From Macrostomum lignano (lineage: Eukaryota), in NCBI GenBank assembly GCA_002269645.1, contig NIVC01004671.1, forward strand, positions 1 to 38,478: DNA of 38,478 bases, given 5' to 3'. How positions within the stretch are numbered: the stretch's first letter is position 1; every line of letters starts with the position of its first letter. Positions 32,808 through 38,478 of this stretch are shown here, in pieces. Under the pieces are notes generated by a model. That model saw only the letters and a program-made list of their open reading frames with translations. It searched no databases and was not told the origin of the DNA. The position numbers and the translations under genes were made by a program.

Positions 32808-35776
32808 TTACACGAGGTGGCCCAACCGTGGTTTAACACAATTTTTTCGGCGCTGAACTGCGCTTCTAAACCCACTATTTAAATATCCGCGGATGGTACG
32901 GGGATCGGATGCAAGTGGACATGCCGCAATCTTTAAATACTTAGACGCGATTTCGTTGACTGAACGTTCGATTAGAGAGCTGATGGGCGGGAGGCACCAA
33001 TCGATCTTCGTTCGCAACTGCAAGGCTTTATTTTTTTGCCTTCCCATAATGCGTTGGCTACGCATTACGCCGTAGAAACTTTCAGCAATTGCCTCCCCAC
33101 CACCTGTGTTCAGTGCAACGTCAAGAAGAATGCACACAGCTCGACCAGCTTCTTCAAAGACTGGTTGAACTGTGTATAATTGTTTTATAAGTGCTGCCTC
33201 ATCCAGAATACAGTTGTCATAACAGCGTACATCAGTTTCAACTTTAAAAACCTGCTGGAGGCGCGAATTCTCTTCAATTTTTATGGAATTAATGATTTGG
33301 CCCTTAATTGGCTTTTTTGACTTGGAACATACAAGGCACTGTATCCCATACGGAGCAAGGTGACCCCAAAAGAGGGATTCAATAACATTCTTGTACTTTA
33401 CATGTACGTAGCTATGGTTTCCAAGTATCAGTTCTGAAAATAATTCGTCTGATTCAGCCACCTCAGAAATATATGGGAGTGAAACCACATAATTAAAAAA
33501 CGAACAAAACTCTGGCTCACCAGCCTCCATGAAGCCAGAAAAGTTTATGCACTGCCGAATAGGCTTGGCTGTACCATTGGAAGCAGTTTCACGGGAACCA
33601 CATAAAAGGTATAGTAGCTGCTCAAAGTCCATAAACTTGGCTAAGATATTTGAGCATGCTGAGGTTCCCTTATTTAATCGATTAGCCACACTTTGACGGA
33701 GAGAGCTGGAAACGACTTCGACCTCTCTGACTGCATCATTAGTTGTTCTCTCCTCCCAAAGGTATACTTTCTTCTTATTACACCTCCGACGTCTTCCTCG
33801 ACTACTTTCTGCTTCTTGCCCGACATATTCTTCGCCAATTACATGCCAGCCCTCTAGAAGCCGCACCTTCTTAAAGCTCATACCTTCAATGTCAGCTCGG
33901 TGCTTGTCATATAATGGACGACACTTTCTATCCATCATTTGTAGAAGGCGATTCCCCATGAAACAATTTTCCAGTGATTGAATTGCAATCCCTGGGCCAG
34001 CTCCATCATTTCAACTAGTGGTTGAAACACATCTAGTAGCAGACACAGATCGGTAGCAAAGTCTGCTCCCAAAACCCTATATTGGAGGGGAAAGTCTTCA
34101 TCTTCATCGTGAATGCGACGAAAAGTTGCTGCATACAGACTGTAAGCTCTTTCAATTTTGACCCACTGCTTAACAGATGAGCTTGTAAATCGCTGTGTTG
34201 CATATGGTATTGGTACAGACACTTTTTCCTTCATTTTGGACGCCACTTTTGACATTAAAGTATGGTTTTTGCCCCTTCCCATTAAATGGTTAAACTCGTT
34301 GGCCCTTTCAATAAACAATGTTAAGCAATCTGCCGCAGGTTTACCGTACTTTGACTCGCGAACATCTAACACCGCTAAATTAAGTAAGTGCGATACATCC
34401 CATATTACAGGTTGAAATGTAGAACTGTCCGCGATATTGCTACGCCCTGACAAGCGGGTTATTTCATTTGCAAACATTGCCGGTTGATACTGGCCATCAG
34501 CTGCTGTACCACAATACCGCAAGAGGTCCTTTTCCCCCAGTTTTAATTCATCTTGAATCGTGCGAAAGATAAGCTGCGCTAGCTCAGCCAGACTCCCCCA
34601 GTAACTACTACGCGATCTAAGTCCTGACTCGTGCTTGTGTCAGAATCTGATTCATTCGATTCACCAGAATCAGAAACATCACTATTTACTGAAGCACTGG
34701 AGTTCTCCTCGCAGACGTCTTCATTTTGTACAAAATAAACACATGGGGCACCAACTGGGAATGCGACTCTTTCCCCTCGGCTTATAGTTGCAAGCAAGAT
34801 AGCCTGGTTTGTCTCGCGGGTCTGTGTCGCTTTATCAACAATTCCCATGAAATGTGGAGGGAGACCTGTAGACTCCAATGGCGTCAAAAGAAGCTTCCGG
34901 TTTTCATCATTGATCCATTCGTTAGCTGCATTAATAATAATTGAAAGCTGTTTTCTTCCGTGCCCCCGATTTCCAATTTGACAGCCATTGAGTTCTAGAA
35001 AAGTTACTTGATTTTCATAGTGTACAGCACCAGCCTTGGATCTAATAGTTTGGATTGCTGAGCGGACTAAGCGTTTAGCAATTTCGTGAGATAGTTTGTC
35101 TTCTTCTGCTTGATCCTTTTGTTTTTTACAGAGAGCGCATGCTGCCGTCCCTGTGAATTATTTGATGACCCTAAAAGATGCCCTCGCAGTTTGCTCTTGA
35201 AATTTCGCCAAAACTGTGTATCTTTTTTATTAGAAGTCCCTTTTATAATCAACTCAGTTTCGCTGGGATTCATGTAAACACCTGTGCCCAATGTGCAATT
35301 ATCACTATAGTGACGAGACACTTGAAAAACAGACATTTTACTCAGCTTTCGAGTATCTAAAGCTTCCCAGCATGTTTTACACCTTACTACAGAGTGTCCA
35401 TCTTCTTCATTCAAAAATAATTCTATGTCTGGGACTTCCCGCGCTACGTCTACAATAGAGTTTAGCGTCATCCACTTCTCCAAGTCCAATACAAACTCGC
35501 TGTTAGTTACACTTGCGCTGTGACTTCGATTGGAATTCTCAGATGGCTTACCTAATGTCTCAAAGGCAAAGGCGAGTTTTCTTTCAACTATATCTCCTAT
35601 CATACTAGGCAGTTTTTTAACAAGATCGGAAAATGCATTGGCACAGTCACCAGCACAGGATGGGTTTATTACACCAGAGTTTGTTGGTGGTAGAGTAGTA
35701 CTTTCTTCGCGATCAGCCTCAGAACGAGTCTTCTTTGCCTGAGGTGCCTCAGTATCGCTAGAAGCTAAAAATTCAT
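32808..35776 (-). pseudogene. hAT-type transposase, roughly 990 codons, with 3-4 single-base frameshifts as sequenced
   Basis: Four frames join: RCKTC Zn motif; STGLPPHF..IVDKAT; GTAADGQY; WDVSHLL; YATQRF; C-terminal dimerisation-like GEAIAESFYGVM. The 5' end is uncertain. Confidence 0.8.
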
Positions 35777-37829
35777 TTTTTCTTTTATATTAATGTGTTG
35801 CTCATTCTAAAAGCATATTGTAAAATGTGTAAAAAGCCATAAGAAACACTTTAAATTACATGAAATGGTCTCTCTTTCATCTGGTGCAGCAACAGGGTGA
35901 GATCTCTTTGAAGTCCTATGTGTTTTAGCAGCTTCATGTTCTGAAAGTGAAATAGTTATGAAGTAGTAAATAGAAATGATCAAAAAAACAGATGAAGTTA
36001 TACTTCTAAAAAAACTTAAGCCATACCTCTAACAAGCAAGATGGCCTCCTGGGAAGAATTCCTAACCAAATTGCAAGTTTTGGCAGTGTGGAATTTACTC
36101 GCAGTGTGCCGATCCTTGTCTCTCTTTTGAGAGACAGTGTACTTCAACTAAAATATTTCAACTATAATAATCAAACTATTGAAAACAATATATATAAATA
36201 ATATTTAGAAATAGTGAACCAAATTTACCTTTCCTTGTAGATAACATTCCTTACATATAAAAATGTTAGGACCTCTATCCTGAAAGGCAAGGCCTAGTGG
36301 CTGTGACTGGCCTGAAGACATACTAGAACCAGCACCTTTATCTTGGCGCCATAATTCTAAAAAAAGAAATTTGAATAGCAGTTACTTTAATTGAAAAGTT
36401 TGAAATATACCATCCTATTTAAACTATATATTCAATGTTAAATAATCTTAACTAACCAAAGGAAAAAAGCTTGTCCATCCTCTCGATTTACAGAAGGGGT
36501 AGTAGTAATAGTGATAGGTGAATCTGGCCTAGGAATGGATCCAGCACCACTGCTATTGTCAATTGGACTAGCAGTAAAAACAGAAACAGTTGCTCTTTGC
36601 AAAAGCAAAGGAGTGCCAGTAGGACTAGGTTCTGGTGGGGCCTGGATTTCATTTTCAATATCAATTGTGTCTTTGGCAGTTATCATAAGATATGAAATAA
36701 TGGCAATTGTCCAAATCCCTGGCACAACAGCAAGGAAAGCCATTATGATATGATGTTGTCTTATTGAATGTTGCAGATGCTAAGATGCAGATCAGTTAAA
36801 AAATAATCATGAAATAAAAGATTTTATTTCTTATTATTAGTATTAATAAATATTACTATTTTAGTATTATTGAAACAAACAGTGGAACTATATATAAGTT
36901 ATTTATAAACACTATAGCTTTTAGTTTTAAAATAGTATTGCAGACTTGCAGTGTAGTATTGAAAAAAATTACAAAAATAAAAAGTATAAATCAAATGATA
37001 AATTCCAAATCATAATGTATAAACCTTTGACCTGCCTCATGGCTTATGCTTGACACTGAAAGCTTTTTAATAGCCAATATCTTAATCTTAATTCTTAATG
37101 GCCCTATGTGTAGTAGGGCTGTAGGCTAGTTTAGTTATGAAATCCTATACAAAAACAAAATGTCTAAGTCCAATTAGTCCAAATTATAAGTGTAAATTGT
37201 TCGATTCTTTTTATTTTAGGCACTGCAGTTGCCCTTCAATAAAACTCGAAAACTAAACTCGCTATATTGATTGTTTGCCAATTGCCATCACCGATGGCTG
37301 GCAATGCCATTCGCATAGTCACTTCAAATCTAAAGAAATTGTACGCGTAAAATATTAGTATTTCTTAGAAAAAAAGTTAAGCAAATGGTTTAACGTGAAA
37401 TTTCAAAACAGTTAATTGTGCAAAGATTAAAAAAATGAGAAAGTAAATTCATCTTTTCGCATTTGTTAAAGACTGTAGTGACTTTTTCTTAAAATCTCTG
37501 AGAAAATGTAGGAAAGAGTTCAGACAACACGGCCAATTAATAAAGCTGGGAATTTACGGTATATTGAACGAACATAGAATCAAATCCGTATTTAAAATAT
37601 TAAAAACTTGTTCTTACGAATGGTGCATCAAACGTTTCAATTTCCTCAAAAGCAAAAACATAACATTGGGGCGAAAATGGGTCGGATTTTGACGGATCAT
37701 ATACGTACAATTATAAATTAATATGCATTACATGTATATTTGTATGTGGTATTACATGTACTGTACTTACATGAATGATGTTTTTTCTCACTCGTCGAAG
37801 GGACATCTCTGCAATTTTTTTTAAAAATG

Positions 37830-37985
37830 TGCGCACTTATGCACGCAAGGGGTCACAAGCGCGCACGCGCGCGCAAGCGCGCACGCGCGCACAAGTGCGC
37901 ACATACCTTTCATGAGAGCGCGCACGTAGGCCCCTTTCAAGCGCGCAAGCGCGCACGAATTTGACAAGCGCGCACAAACGCGTAA
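37830..37985 (+). repeat. GCGCGCAC/GCGCGCAAG subterminal repeat cluster of the hAT element
   Basis: Many copies next to the right TIR and a few next to the left TIR (31685-31765); probable transposase binding sites. Confidence 0.8.
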
Positions 37986-38478
37986 CGACTTTCGTGCAAG
38001 AATTCCATCCTGGCCTAAGGCTAAATGTCTGGCTCAGTGTCTAAAATTAAACGGTTTCTTTGCTAGGTCAATGCTGTGCCAGTACCCACCTATTTTAAAT
38101 TGACATCTATTCGCTTTTTATTGCACATAATATTGCTTTTTGTTGTCATGTTTAAAAAACTGCGCCAAAAGATTGAAGAAACTGATGGAATTAAGAAGGT
38201 AAGCCAGCATATTTTAAATTTTTGTTATCTTTATCTGGACATTTTATTATCCAACGTAATTATCTTGATACTAAGTCATTAACTCGTCTGTATGCATGTA
38301 TCATACCAAAAGGTTAGCAAAAATGAGAATGATTGATTGATTGCCTACTTATTGCATTGGCTTAGACTAGGGACAAGGTCTAGGTCTATATTTTTATTTC
38401 TACTTTGATAAATTTGCCCAAAGTATATTAAAATTCTTGTTTAGCTAAAATTGTTATAGGCCTATAGCATTGTATAAA

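Larger units (their letters stand above)
31653..38013 (-). mobile_element. Full-length hAT-superfamily DNA transposon (6361 bp)
   Basis: Perfect 18-bp TIR CCAGGATGGAATTCTTGC (31653-31670 and 37996-38013); identical 8-bp TSD CCTAAGGC (31645-31652 and 38014-38021); GCGCGCAC subterminal repeats at both ends; transposase inside. Confidence 0.93.

Overview
Eukaryotic, intron-containing metazoan DNA with no prokaryotic, rRNA, tRNA or CRISPR features. GC-rich exons and minisatellite-filled introns suggest a flatworm such as Macrostomum (inference only). 1-7.4 kb: 3' part of a LIV-1-type ZIP zinc transporter (+), with a tandem repeat in each resolved intron. 7.7-13.5 kb: two large satellite arrays. 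13.6-24.2 kb: two tandem copies of a secreted PAN/Apple + F-type lectin gene (first broken, second intact) separated by transposon remnants (Gypsy, Polinton-like integrase, IS630/Tc1, a foldback, a TIR-flanked Crypton-like fragment). 26.0-29.2 kb (-): by my splice reconstruction, one intact gene of about 915 aa fusing 7 ankyrin repeats to a cGAS/Mab-21-like nucleotidyltransferase; this is the top candidate. 30.4 kb: a third, decayed lectin fragment. 31.65-38.01 kb: a full-length hAT transposon with perfect 18-bp TIRs, an 8-bp TSD and a nested MITE. All alignments, translations and coordinates were done by eye and may be off by a few nt.
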